Below, one piece after another: positions 1 through 8,688 of a stretch of DNA of 64,000 nt. Source of the stretch: Myxococcota bacterium (GTDB lineage Bacteria > Myxococcota_A > Polyangia > Polyangiales > Houyiibacteriaceae); contig JBCCEA010000003.1 in the NCBI GenBank assembly GCA_039030515.1, positions 32,001 through 96,000 on the forward strand. Reading direction: 5' to 3'. Positions within the stretch are counted from its first letter, which is position 1. Every line of letters starts with the position of its first letter. A program made the position numbers and the translations under genes. The notes under the pieces were generated by a model. The model saw only the letters and a list, made by a program, of their open reading frames with translations. It ran no database searches and was not told where the DNA came from.

Positions 1-876
1 GGGCCGAATCCCTACACGCGCTGCTTAGCCCATGAGCTCAGCGAACGCGACTGGTGGCGTCAGGGATCATTGAGGCTCCGTATTCAAGACCGAACTTTGT
101 CGGTGGCGGGTGTTCAAGTTGGAGATCGGATCGCAATGGGCGCCGGACCCTCCCCGGGAACCTTTGACGATGCCTTGCTGCATGCCCTCGACGCTCGAGA
201 TGCAAAACTGCTCTTGGTGGTAGGTGAGCTCGCCACTTCGCCGGCCGAGTCTAGGATTTTGTTCTCCAGGCTGGCTGATCTGAAGATGCCCGTGGTCGCA
301 ATTGCCGGGGGGAGAGATCAGGCCGGTGCCTTTCGATCCGGCACGGAGGCGACAGATGGAGCGGTTGTCGACGGCAGGGGGCTGCGGTCGATCGATTTCG
401 GAGACTTCGAGCTCTTCCTGCTCTCAGGCGGTCCAAGACGTTACGTCAGCGGACCCGGAGGCTGCGGCTACGAAGCCTCGGATCTTGAGCCGCTTGCGTT
501 CGACCAAAGCGGAGCCGATCGAAGTGAGCAGGACGGGAAGGAAAAGACCTCCGTGTGGGTCGCCTGGAGTCACGCCGGCCTTGACACAGGTTTACTTCGA
601 CGGCTTTCCCAAGCTGGGATCGCACAAGGCTTCTACGCGTGGCCCTACCACCAAGGGGACCTGCCGCGATACGGGCTGGGTACGCTGGGCGTCGAAGCGT
701 TTTCGGCTACGTCGACTGGGGAGGAGTTTGAATGGATCGGCCTGCCACGCGTCGGCGGACCACCTCGTCGACTTCTTGACGGGACGTTGAAGCCCTCCGG
801 GTTGGTGTGGCTCTTAGCTACGTCACAAGGGCTGCGCGCAGAACGCGTAGCGACTGAGGATGCATCTGCACCTTGA
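1..876 (+). CDS. Hypothetical protein, possibly a degenerate metallophosphoesterase-like fold (5' truncated by the window edge)
   Basis: Frame 1 is open from base 1 (GPNPYTRCLAH...) to TGA at 874-876. LLVVGEL and VVAIAGGRD resemble degraded calcineurin-like motifs. Confidence 0.55.
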   Translation, partial: GPNPYTRCLAHELSERDWWRQGSLRLRIQDRTLSVAGVQVGDRIAMGAGPSPGTFDDALLHALDARDAKLLLVVGELATSPAESRILFSRLADLKMPVVAIAGGRDQAGAFRSGTEATDGAVVDGRGLRSIDFGDFELFLLSGGPRRYVSGPGGCGYEASDLEPLAFDQSGADRSEQDGKEKTSVWVAWSHAGLDTGLLRRLSQAGIAQGFYAWPYHQGDLPRYGLGTLGVEAFSATSTGEEFEWIGLPRVGGPPRRLLDGTLKPSGLVWLLATSQGLRAERVATEDASAP

Positions 877-900
877 CAGTTGAATACAGACGCCTATAAC
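873..900 (+). promoter_or_regulatory. Sigma70-type promoter of the rpmF-fab operon
   Basis: TTGACA (873-878), 16-nt spacer, TATAAC (895-900). Confidence 0.75.
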
Positions 901-1024
901 GCGCCGATTCTGGCGACACGTCGGAAGGGTTCGAGCAAGTCTAAACGGACACACGCGGTGTCAGAAAATAGGCCTGCGTCGAGCCCCTTCTGAATACGAC
1001 AATCGTTCGAAAGAGGAGATAACG

Positions 1025-1270
1025 GTGGCTGTTCCGAAGCGTAGAACCAGTCGAAGCAAGACTAAAAAACGTCGAGCACACCACGATAAGGTTTTCGCCC
1101 CGAATCTCATCCCCTGCCCTAGTTGCGGCGACGTCATGGTAGCTCACCGGGTATGTCCCTCCTGCGGTCATTACAAAGGAAGGCAAGTCATCACCCCGAA
1201 GTCAGTCACCGACGAATTCGACATGGCTTCAAACGGGCCGACCACTCCAAAGGGAACCACGGCTCAGTAA
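1025..1270 (+). CDS. rpmF: 50S ribosomal protein L32 (zinc-binding type) with a C-terminal extension
   Basis: MAVPKRRTSRSK...CPSCG...HRVCPSCGHYKGRQV; GAGGAG RBS before the GTG start. Confidence 0.97.
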   Translation: MAVPKRRTSRSKTKKRRAHHDKVFAPNLIPCPSCGDVMVAHRVCPSCGHYKGRQVITPKSVTDEFDMASNGPTTPKGTTAQ

Positions 1271-1292
1271 GCCGAGCCGCTTGCAACGAAGC

Positions 1293-2306
1293 ATGACGAG
1301 CGAGGCGACGATCAAGGCAACCGCCTCGCGAATCGGTGGAACCGGACACTACGTTCCTGAAAAAGTTGTCACAAACACTGACCTGTCCGCCATGGTCGAC
1401 ACATCGGACCAGTGGATCCGTGAACGTACCGGCATTGTAGAGCGTCGCATCGCTGGCGAGGGCGAATCCACCAGTGATATGGCTGCCGAGGCCGCTCGAC
1501 GAGCGCTGGACCACGCCGGTTTAGATCCCCAAGAGGTAGACCTAGTCCTGGTGGCCACGGTGACCCCCGATAGGCCGCTGCCGTCAACTGCGATCTTTGT
1601 GCACCGAGCACTTGGATTGCGTCACGACTGTGCCGCATTTGACCTCGCAGCTGCGTGTGCAGGATTCATTTACGGAATCTCAATTGGAAACCAGTACATC
1701 TGCAACGGCGCTGCAAGGAATGTGCTGGTGATCGGCGTGGAGCTTCTTTCGAGGGTGATGGACTGGTCGGATCGCAATACCTGCGTGCTTTTCGGTGACG
1801 GAGCAGGTGCGGTCGTTTTATCTCCCAGCACAGAACCGCATCACGGTGCGCTACTTTCAACGCATCTCTTCGCGGATGGAACGCTTGCCGATTCACTCAC
1901 GATTCGCGCTGGCGGCAGCCAGCAGCCGACGAACTACGAAACTGTGCAGAATGCACTCCACTTTGTGCATATGGACGGTCGCGAGATTTTTAAGTTCGCC
2001 GTTCGAGCGCTAGCGAGCGCAAGTTCTGCCGCGATAGAGGCCAATGGGGTATCTGCCGATGAAGTGGACTGGGTTGTCCCCCATCAGGCAAATCTTAGAA
2101 TTCTCGACGGTGTCTCCAAGCGCTGTGGAGTCCCCATAGAGCGATTTTTTATCAACATCGATAAATACGGCAATACCTCGAGCGCTTCGGTTCCCATCGC
2201 ACTCGACGAGGCGGTGCGAGCAGGCCTCGTCAAGTCCGGGCAACTCGTACTGATGTGTGCTCTCGGAGGTGGCATCGCGTGGGGCAGCGCGATGCTTCGG
2301 TGGTAG
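1293..2306 (+). CDS. fabH: Beta-ketoacyl-ACP synthase III
   Basis: DTSDQWIRERTGI, AACAGF (Cys), PHQAN (His), GNTSSAS (Asn). Alternative TTG start at 1281. Confidence 0.97.
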   Translation: MTSEATIKATASRIGGTGHYVPEKVVTNTDLSAMVDTSDQWIRERTGIVERRIAGEGESTSDMAAEAARRALDHAGLDPQEVDLVLVATVTPDRPLPSTAIFVHRALGLRHDCAAFDLAAACAGFIYGISIGNQYICNGAARNVLVIGVELLSRVMDWSDRNTCVLFGDGAGAVVLSPSTEPHHGALLSTHLFADGTLADSLTIRAGGSQQPTNYETVQNALHFVHMDGREIFKFAVRALASASSAAIEANGVSADEVDWVVPHQANLRILDGVSKRCGVPIERFFINIDKYGNTSSASVPIALDEAVRAGLVKSGQLVLMCALGGGIAWGSAMLRW

Positions 2307-2309
2307 GTT

Positions 2310-3059
2310 ATGCTGTTTCGTCTTGAGAACAAAGTTGCGCTCGTGACCGGTGGTTCTCGCGGGATCGGGCAGGCCATCGTCGAGCGGCTCGCGGACTCCG
2401 GTGCGTTCGTTGCCATCAACTACCGAAGTAATCAACAGGCGGCACTGCAAACGCTCCAAAAGGTGCAGGAGTGTGGTGGTGACGGAACCTTGCTTCAGTT
2501 CGATGTCGGCGATTCAGAAGCTTGCGGGGAGGCTATTCGAGACTTAGTGTCACAAAAAGGCAGGGTAGACGTCCTGGTCAACAATGCCGGGATTGCCATC
2601 GATCAGCTGCTTGCCCGGGTGAAGCCCGACCAGGTGAGCGAGACCTGGCGCACCAATATCGATAGTGCGATCTGGTGCGCGAAGGCGGTGATTCGGAAAA
2701 TGATGAAGAATCGTTGGGGTCGAATCATCAACGTATCAAGCGTAGTGGGAGAGGCGGGCAATGCAGGACAACCCGTCTACAGCGCTTCGAAAGCCGCACT
2801 CATCGGGTTGACTAAGACCCTTGCTCGCGAGTACGCCTCTCGCGGCATCACTGTGAATGCGGTCGCCCCAGGTTACATCGCGACCGATATGACGGCGGGC
2901 CTCACCGACACGGCCCAAGAAATGATTGTCAAGCAAACGCCGCTAGGTAGAGTCGGCACTCCACAGGAAGTGGCAAACGCCGTACTCTTTCTCGCCAGTG
3001 AGGAAGCCTCGTATATCACCGGACAGGTTCTGAGGGTAAACGGTGGCATGTACATGTAG
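2310..3059 (+). CDS. fabG: 3-oxoacyl-ACP reductase
   Basis: [13 protein letters not shown] and YSASK SDR motifs; ends VNGGMYM; fab operon context. Confidence 0.96.
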   Translation: MLFRLENKVALVTGGSRGIGQAIVERLADSGAFVAINYRSNQQAALQTLQKVQECGGDGTLLQFDVGDSEACGEAIRDLVSQKGRVDVLVNNAGIAIDQLLARVKPDQVSETWRTNIDSAIWCAKAVIRKMMKNRWGRIINVSSVVGEAGNAGQPVYSASKAALIGLTKTLAREYASRGITVNAVAPGYIATDMTAGLTDTAQEMIVKQTPLGRVGTPQEVANAVLFLASEEASYITGQVLRVNGGMYM

Positions 3060-3094
3060 TACCGAACACGTTTAGTTCATACGGAGAAACGCCC

Positions 3095-3331
3095 ATGGAG
3101 ATCGCGGAGAAGGTCAAAGAGATCATTTCGCAACAGCTCGACGTAGATAAAGCTCAGATCAACGATACTGCAGCATTTATCGAGGACCTCGGAGCAGACT
3201 CGCTTGCCATTGTCGAGCTGGTACTTGCGTTTGAAGAGCAGTTCGAGATCGAGATTCCTGACGAAGATACCGAAAAAATCCGAACTGTTGGAGATGCGGT
3301 ATCCTACATCACCGAGCGCGCATCTCACTAG
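3095..3331 (+). CDS. acpP: Acyl carrier protein
   Basis: DLGADSL phosphopantetheine site; acidic 78-aa protein; GGAG RBS. Confidence 0.97.
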   Translation: MEIAEKVKEIISQQLDVDKAQINDTAAFIEDLGADSLAIVELVLAFEEQFEIEIPDEDTEKIRTVGDAVSYITERASH

Positions 3332-3343
3332 CACAGAGTAGGT

Positions 3344-4618
3344 ATGCGAAGACGGGTCGTAGTCACCGGCATCGGCGCGGTAAGTCCTTGCGGCGCCACG
3401 ACCGAGTCCACTTGGGAGTCCATCGTTCAGGGCCGTAGCGGAATCGATACGATTCAGCGATTCGATGCATCTTCCTTCGCCTCCCAGATCGCCGGAGAGG
3501 TTCTGGACTTCGACCCGCTCGACTACTTCGAAAAGAAAAGGGTGAGAGAAGCAGAACGCTTCACCCATTTTGCGATCGCTGCAAGTCAGATGGCGCTCGA
3601 TTACGCGGGGTTTAAACCTACAGACGACCAAAAGGAGCGGGTCGCCACCATCGTCGGCGTCGGAATGTGCGGCTTGGAGCTGCTTCAGCAACAGGTGCTG
3701 ACGATGGAGCAGCGGGGTCCCCGTCGGATGTCTCCTTATTTCATTCCAGCGGCCATCGCCAACATGACCTCGGGTCAAGTTTCCATGCGATGGGGATTCC
3801 GTGGCCCCAGTTTTACCACGACGAGCGCCTGCGCTTCCGGAGCGCACTCTATCGGAGAGGCTGCCCGAAAGATCGAGCGTGGTGACGTGGATGCCGCGCT
3901 TGCCGGCGGTGCTGAGGCAAGCGTCTGCGGCACCGGGGTTGGAGGGTTTTGTGCCATGCGCGCGCTTTCGAAGAGGAACCACGCGCCAGCAGAGGCCAGT
4001 CGACCGTTCGATAAGGGTCGGGATGGGTTTGTCATCGCAGAGGGAGCGGGGATGATGCTGCTCGAAGAGCGAGGTCATGCGCTTCAGCGAGGCGCTCCTG
4101 TTCTAGCGGAGCTCGTCGGTTACGGTGCGACTGCGGACGCCTATCACCTCACTCAGCCGGCTCCCGAAGGGGAGGGTGCCCAGAGAGCGATGCGGGTTGC
4201 GCTGACCGACGCACGGCTCCGTCCAGAACAAATCGACTACGTCAACGCTCACGCCACGTCGACCCTGATGGGAGACGCCAAGGAACTCGAAGCTTTGCGT
4301 GGTGTATTTGGCACTCACGTGGAACGAGGACTGTCGATTTCTTCCACCAAGAGCATGCATGGCCACTTGCTCGGTGCCGCCGGAGGACTCGAGGCTGTGC
4401 TCACCGTTCTCGCGATTCGAGATCAGTTGTGTCCACCGACCCTGAACCTGGTCGACCCTGAAGAGGCGGCGGTTGGATTTGACCTGGTACCAAACGTTTC
4501 CAAGAAGAAGCCGATTCACGCCGCCATAAGCAACTCATTTGGGTTCGGAGGGACCAACGTGACCCTTGCATTCGAGAGACCTGACCTTTCGCAAACCACA
4601 CCGAACGATGCCTCTTGA
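3344..4618 (+). CDS. fabF: Beta-ketoacyl-ACP synthase II
   Basis: RRVVVTGIG, SACASG, NAHATST, KSMHGHLLGAAG, SNSFGFGGTN. Confidence 0.97.
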   Translation: MRRRVVVTGIGAVSPCGATTESTWESIVQGRSGIDTIQRFDASSFASQIAGEVLDFDPLDYFEKKRVREAERFTHFAIAASQMALDYAGFKPTDDQKERVATIVGVGMCGLELLQQQVLTMEQRGPRRMSPYFIPAAIANMTSGQVSMRWGFRGPSFTTTSACASGAHSIGEAARKIERGDVDAALAGGAEASVCGTGVGGFCAMRALSKRNHAPAEASRPFDKGRDGFVIAEGAGMMLLEERGHALQRGAPVLAELVGYGATADAYHLTQPAPEGEGAQRAMRVALTDARLRPEQIDYVNAHATSTLMGDAKELEALRGVFGTHVERGLSISSTKSMHGHLLGAAGGLEAVLTVLAIRDQLCPPTLNLVDPEEAAVGFDLVPNVSKKKPIHAAISNSFGFGGTNVTLAFERPDLSQTTPNDAS

Positions 4619-5057
4619 TCCATCGAACTACGCTATCGTTGTCGCTTCCGACCATGCGGGGCTTGCCCTGAAAGAAGAGCTGATTCAGCCCCTCGGTGAA
4701 TTCGCCAAGGTGGTCGACCTCGGAACGCACGATTCTGAGTCTTGTGACTATCCCCAATTCGCACATGCAGTGGCGAGGCACGTACTCGAGGTCGACGGCA
4801 CCTATGGAGTGCTGGTCTGTGGAACGGGAGTGGGTATGTCCATAGCCGCCAACCGCCATCGAGGAGTGCGCGCCGTGGTCTGCTCAGACGAATTCAGTGC
4901 AGCCATGGCGCGGCGCCACAACGACGCGAACGTGTTGTGTTTGGGTGCACGTGTCGTCGGGTTCAGTTTGGCGACAAGTCTTTGCCGAGCTTTTCTGACT
5001 ACCCCGTTTGAGGGCGGACGCCATCAACGCCGCGTCGACCAGATAGAACCCGCATGA
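4608..5057 (+). CDS. rpiB: Ribose-5-phosphate isomerase B
   Basis: ASDHAG, CGTGVGMSIAAN, ARRHNDANVL, FEGGRHQRRV. ATG at 4608 overlaps the fabF end. Confidence 0.95.
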   Translation: MPLDPSNYAIVVASDHAGLALKEELIQPLGEFAKVVDLGTHDSESCDYPQFAHAVARHVLEVDGTYGVLVCGTGVGMSIAANRHRGVRAVVCSDEFSAAMARRHNDANVLCLGARVVGFSLATSLCRAFLTTPFEGGRHQRRVDQIEPA

Positions 5058-5254
5058 ACCTCTCGCAAGATGCCCGATTCCGAGAAGAGCTAAGACGCTT
5101 CTCGCTTAAATTCTGCTGTGAGGACTGCGCGCTATTCGATCCGCGTGACGCCTCATGTGTCTACGGCTACCCGACTGCCGACCATCGACTCCTGAGGTAC
5201 GAAGATCCTGATTCCTCGGTCGTGTTTTGTAAGGACTTTGAGTTGCTCGAGTGA
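5054..5254 (+). CDS. Small Cys-rich hypothetical protein, possibly metal-binding
   Basis: ATGA overlap with the rpiB stop; FCCEDC...C...H...FCKDFE pattern. Confidence 0.7.
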   Translation: MNLSQDARFREELRRFSLKFCCEDCALFDPRDASCVYGYPTADHRLLRYEDPDSSVVFCKDFELLE

Positions 5255-5334
5255 ACACCGAACCCCGCGCTTTGGTCCACGGCTCGCGAGGTGTGGTGGG
5301 GAAAGGTCTACGCTGAGGGATCTCAGTTCTATCC

Positions 5335-6567
5335 GTGAGCGGTCCAAAGGTCGAGTACACTAGCGGTCCCATGGATTGGACCGAAGTGCGGGCGCCGACT
5401 GTGCTGCTTAAGTTTTTGGTAGCTGCCTCTTTCCTGTTTCTAGGTTGCGATGAGGACCCGCCCCCGTCTCCACCCCCGCCGCCTCCACCCAAGCTCGAGC
5501 CGATCGCCGCACCGCGTTCCCTTGCCACGGATTCCGCTTTCGATTTAGTTGCGACATCGACGGGAGCTGCCCTGTTTTGGGGTCAACCACGCAGAGTCGG
5601 CGCTGGTATTCAGATGCTAGAGCTGGACCGACTAGGTCGCATTCGATCCGCCGAGCGACCGCTGCTTTCGGGTGACACGCCGGCATCGGGTGGAACTCCC
5701 TCTGAGCAGCCCGCAGACGTAGTTGAGCTTGCTGCAGCGTTTGGTGGTGGACGCTACGGAGTTGCCTGGGTACTTCGGGAGCCGTTTCGTCTACGAGTTC
5801 AAGGTGCACTCGGTCGACAAGACGGGACATTTGGGCCCCCGATAGACTTCGGTACTACAGAGATGCGCACGACAGGTCGTCGAGGTCACCTGGCCCTGGC
5901 TGCGGCTGCGAACGGTACCCTTTCTCTAGTTGCGCGCGGAGTTACAAAACCTTGCTCAGAGGGTCGCTGTACTGAGTTTTCCGTACAGCGGATGGGTGAG
6001 GCAGGAGATGCTTTGGTTGGGGTGCCGCTCCTCGTGCCGAATCCTTGTCGAGCTGCGGTGACTGGACATCTCAATATTCGCAATACCTGGTACTACGCCG
6101 TCTGCGCAAAAGAGCATGGCGTTCCGGTAACGACGCTGTACGCCACGCAGTCTGAGCCCGAGTACGTCCATACGGAACGACTGCTGCCGGGGTGCAGTCC
6201 GCTGGGGATGACCGCGGGGCCTGAGGGCGTGGTCCATCTTGCCGATTGCGAAGGACGACTTGAAGGGGTCGAAGTTGAAGCGGCCGGTAGACGCCGGAAT
6301 GCCTTCAAAAAACTAGAGGTTAAGGCTCCTTGTGTCGATGGCCATCCGATGCTCGAAATCGTCTCCTCCGAGGGGCACGACCGAAAGTTCCCACTACGAG
6401 GGCCGAAGAGCCGGGTAGAGTCCCTTTTGCCGTCTGAGATCACCCCTCCGCGTACGAGGGCCGTGTGGACGGGAGATGCGCTTTTGCTTGCCTACCCTCT
6501 CGCGGGCGATGTGGGATTGCGACGCTACGAATGCCGATCGGGACATTTGATGCAAACCAACGAATAG
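5335..6567 (+). CDS. Hypothetical lipoprotein
   Basis: 410-aa ORF with hydrophobic stretch ending FLFLGC (lipobox-like), then a poly-Pro linker. The start could be ATG 5371. Confidence 0.75.
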   Translation: MSGPKVEYTSGPMDWTEVRAPTVLLKFLVAASFLFLGCDEDPPPSPPPPPPPKLEPIAAPRSLATDSAFDLVATSTGAALFWGQPRRVGAGIQMLELDRLGRIRSAERPLLSGDTPASGGTPSEQPADVVELAAAFGGGRYGVAWVLREPFRLRVQGALGRQDGTFGPPIDFGTTEMRTTGRRGHLALAAAANGTLSLVARGVTKPCSEGRCTEFSVQRMGEAGDALVGVPLLVPNPCRAAVTGHLNIRNTWYYAVCAKEHGVPVTTLYATQSEPEYVHTERLLPGCSPLGMTAGPEGVVHLADCEGRLEGVEVEAAGRRRNAFKKLEVKAPCVDGHPMLEIVSSEGHDRKFPLRGPKSRVESLLPSEITPPRTRAVWTGDALLLAYPLAGDVGLRRYECRSGHLMQTNE

Positions 6568-6643
6568 ACCTCAGAGAAGAAACGAGACCACACCACGATG
6601 CGCGTCCCCTAGTGCCGTTCGGAGTACCTCGTTGCCGTTGCGG

Positions 6644-6672
6644 TTGACCGGGAAAAGGCTGCGCCGTACACG
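6644..6672 (+). promoter_or_regulatory. Putative sigma70 promoter of the HMG-CoA lyase gene
   Basis: TTGACC (6644-6649), 17 nt, TACACG (6667-6672); the ATG follows 6 nt later. Confidence 0.4.
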
Positions 6673-6678
6673 CGCCCT

Positions 6679-7599
6679 ATGGCCCTCTTTGAACATCTCC
6701 CACCCAGCGTTTCCCTCTACGAGGTCTCTCCTCGCGACGGTCTACAGAATGAGGCTGCCATGGTGACGACCCACGCGAAGATTCGCCTGATCGAAGCGCT
6801 GATCGATGCGGGCCTGCGTCGTATCGAGGTGGCTAGCTTTGTCTCCCCGCGTTGGGTGCCCCAAATGGGTGATGCGGAGGAAGTCGTCAAGCTCCTCCCT
6901 CGCCGAGCTGGTGTGCGCTATTCGGCTTTGGTTCCCAACAGCCTCGGTTTGAAGCGCGCATGCGATGCTGGAATCGATGAGATCGCGGTATTTGTAAGCG
7001 CCAGCGAGACCCACAATCGGAAGAACGTCAACAAGACGGTGGCTGAAACCCTAAAAGCGCTGAGTAAAGTAATCGGCCCGGCAGCGCAGCAGGGAATGAA
7101 GGTTCGAGGATACGTATCCACGGTGTGGGGGTGTCCGTACGAGGGCGAGGTTTCTCTCGGCAGTGCGCTTGAAGTTGCGAGGATCCTACGTGGCGAGGGC
7201 TGCTATCAGATCGCGCTGGGAGATACTGTTGGCGTCGGAACGCCCTTGCAGACACGCCGCATTCTCGAGGAATTTCTGGTAGAGTTTTCGGTAGAAGAGG
7301 TGGCTCTTCATATGCATGACACGAGAGGCACAGCCCTGAGTAACGTCATCGTTGGGCTGGAAATGGGCATTCGGGATTTTGATGCATCGGTCGGAGGGCT
7401 TGGGGGGTGTCCTTTTGCCCCTGGGGCAGCGGGTAACTTGGCCACAGAGGATCTGCTCTACACGCTTCACGGAATGGGAATCGAGACCCACGTAGACCTG
7501 ACTTCTTTGTGGGAAGCAGGTCAAGTGGCGGCCGCGATCGTAGGTCGGGATCTTCCGGGCAAGGTGCATCGAGCGGGGATTCGCTCGCTGACTCATTGA
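6679..7599 (+). CDS. hmgL: Hydroxymethylglutaryl-CoA lyase
   Basis: EVSPRDGLQNE, SFVSPRWVPQM, LHMHDTRG, GGLGGCPFAPGAAGNLATED. Confidence 0.94.
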   Translation: MALFEHLPPSVSLYEVSPRDGLQNEAAMVTTHAKIRLIEALIDAGLRRIEVASFVSPRWVPQMGDAEEVVKLLPRRAGVRYSALVPNSLGLKRACDAGIDEIAVFVSASETHNRKNVNKTVAETLKALSKVIGPAAQQGMKVRGYVSTVWGCPYEGEVSLGSALEVARILRGEGCYQIALGDTVGVGTPLQTRRILEEFLVEFSVEEVALHMHDTRGTALSNVIVGLEMGIRDFDASVGGLGGCPFAPGAAGNLATEDLLYTLHGMGIETHVDLTSLWEAGQVAAAIVGRDLPGKVHRAGIRSLTH

Positions 7600-7685
7600 G
7601 AGGGTTTTTTGCTCTCTGAGCAGCGGCGGCTCGTGTTTAGGTGAGTTAGGCTCCGGGCGCGCGAAAGCGCCGATAAGGAGTATCG

Positions 7686-8570
7686 ATGGATCCTTGGAGT
7701 GCCCTCGTTTTCGCGAGCCCTCTATTTGGCTTTACTTTGAACTTGCCCGCGCTGGAGATGCCCGCTTCGGCGCGCCCTGCTTGGAACGAAGTCGATGGCT
7801 GGGTGAGTGTGGGGCTCGAGTCCGACCCTACCCCAAAGCGCGGCGAGAGCCGGGCTGATGCGGAGGATCGGCAGGGTGTCTTGGATCGGCAGAGAGCCTT
7901 GGATGGTTCCGAGGAAGATGGCTCTGAAACGGCCGCTTTTGGAGCATCTCGTGCTTCGGAGATGCGGTCTCACCTCTCCCTTCGTCCTGTCGATTTGCCT
8001 TCCGTTGAAAGTGAGCCGGAGTCTGGCGAACACCAGCTCGCGCGCGATCTTCGGACCCGTGGCAAGTGGGCGAAGTTACATCGCGGTTTCGGTATTGCTA
8101 CTTGGGCATCGATGCTTGTCACGGTGATCGCGGGCTCGATTCAGTATCACAACCTCTACGGGTTTTTTGCCGGACGCGACGACAATCCATGCGTTAAGGG
8201 CACTGCGGTCTTCGGCCAGGACCAGTGCTACCGCGTTCCAGCATTCCATCTCTCCACAGCCATGCTGACTACCGCACTCTACGGGGCGACTTTTGCGATG
8301 TCCTACCGTATGCCCGACCCGATCGGGCTTGACGAGGGAGACAGCAAATACGCACGCAATCTGCGCCTTCACAAGCGTCTAAGATGGGTCCATTTTGGCG
8401 GCATGCTCGCCCAGGTTTTCTTTGGTTTCATGGTTGCGAACCACGAGAATCTGGGCTTGAACCGGTCGGATGATTACAAAGCCTTAAGAGCGATGGCGAC
8501 GGTACATCAGGCAGTTGGATGGATCACGTTTGGTGCGCTCACTTGGGCTGGTGCCACGATGGTGTTCTGA
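7686..8570 (+). CDS. Hypothetical membrane protein (four TM segments, His-rich)
   Basis: AAGGAG RBS; N-terminal hydrophobic segment, acidic linker, then four hydrophobic helices. Confidence 0.75.
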   Translation: MDPWSALVFASPLFGFTLNLPALEMPASARPAWNEVDGWVSVGLESDPTPKRGESRADAEDRQGVLDRQRALDGSEEDGSETAAFGASRASEMRSHLSLRPVDLPSVESEPESGEHQLARDLRTRGKWAKLHRGFGIATWASMLVTVIAGSIQYHNLYGFFAGRDDNPCVKGTAVFGQDQCYRVPAFHLSTAMLTTALYGATFAMSYRMPDPIGLDEGDSKYARNLRLHKRLRWVHFGGMLAQVFFGFMVANHENLGLNRSDDYKALRAMATVHQAVGWITFGALTWAGATMVF

Positions 8571-8688
8571 TTTCGAGCGATTTCAAGGATCGCGTTCGTT
8601 CCGAATCACTTGATTGGAGTGGCATGCGGCCTCTAACATCGTCGGTCCAGGAGAGCGGGAACGCCCGTCGGGAGTTTTTGAGGGTTAT

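Noticed and set aside
3077..4078. 333-aa minus-strand ORF
   Set aside because: Antisense shadow of acpP/fabF, typical of GC-rich codon bias; no motifs.
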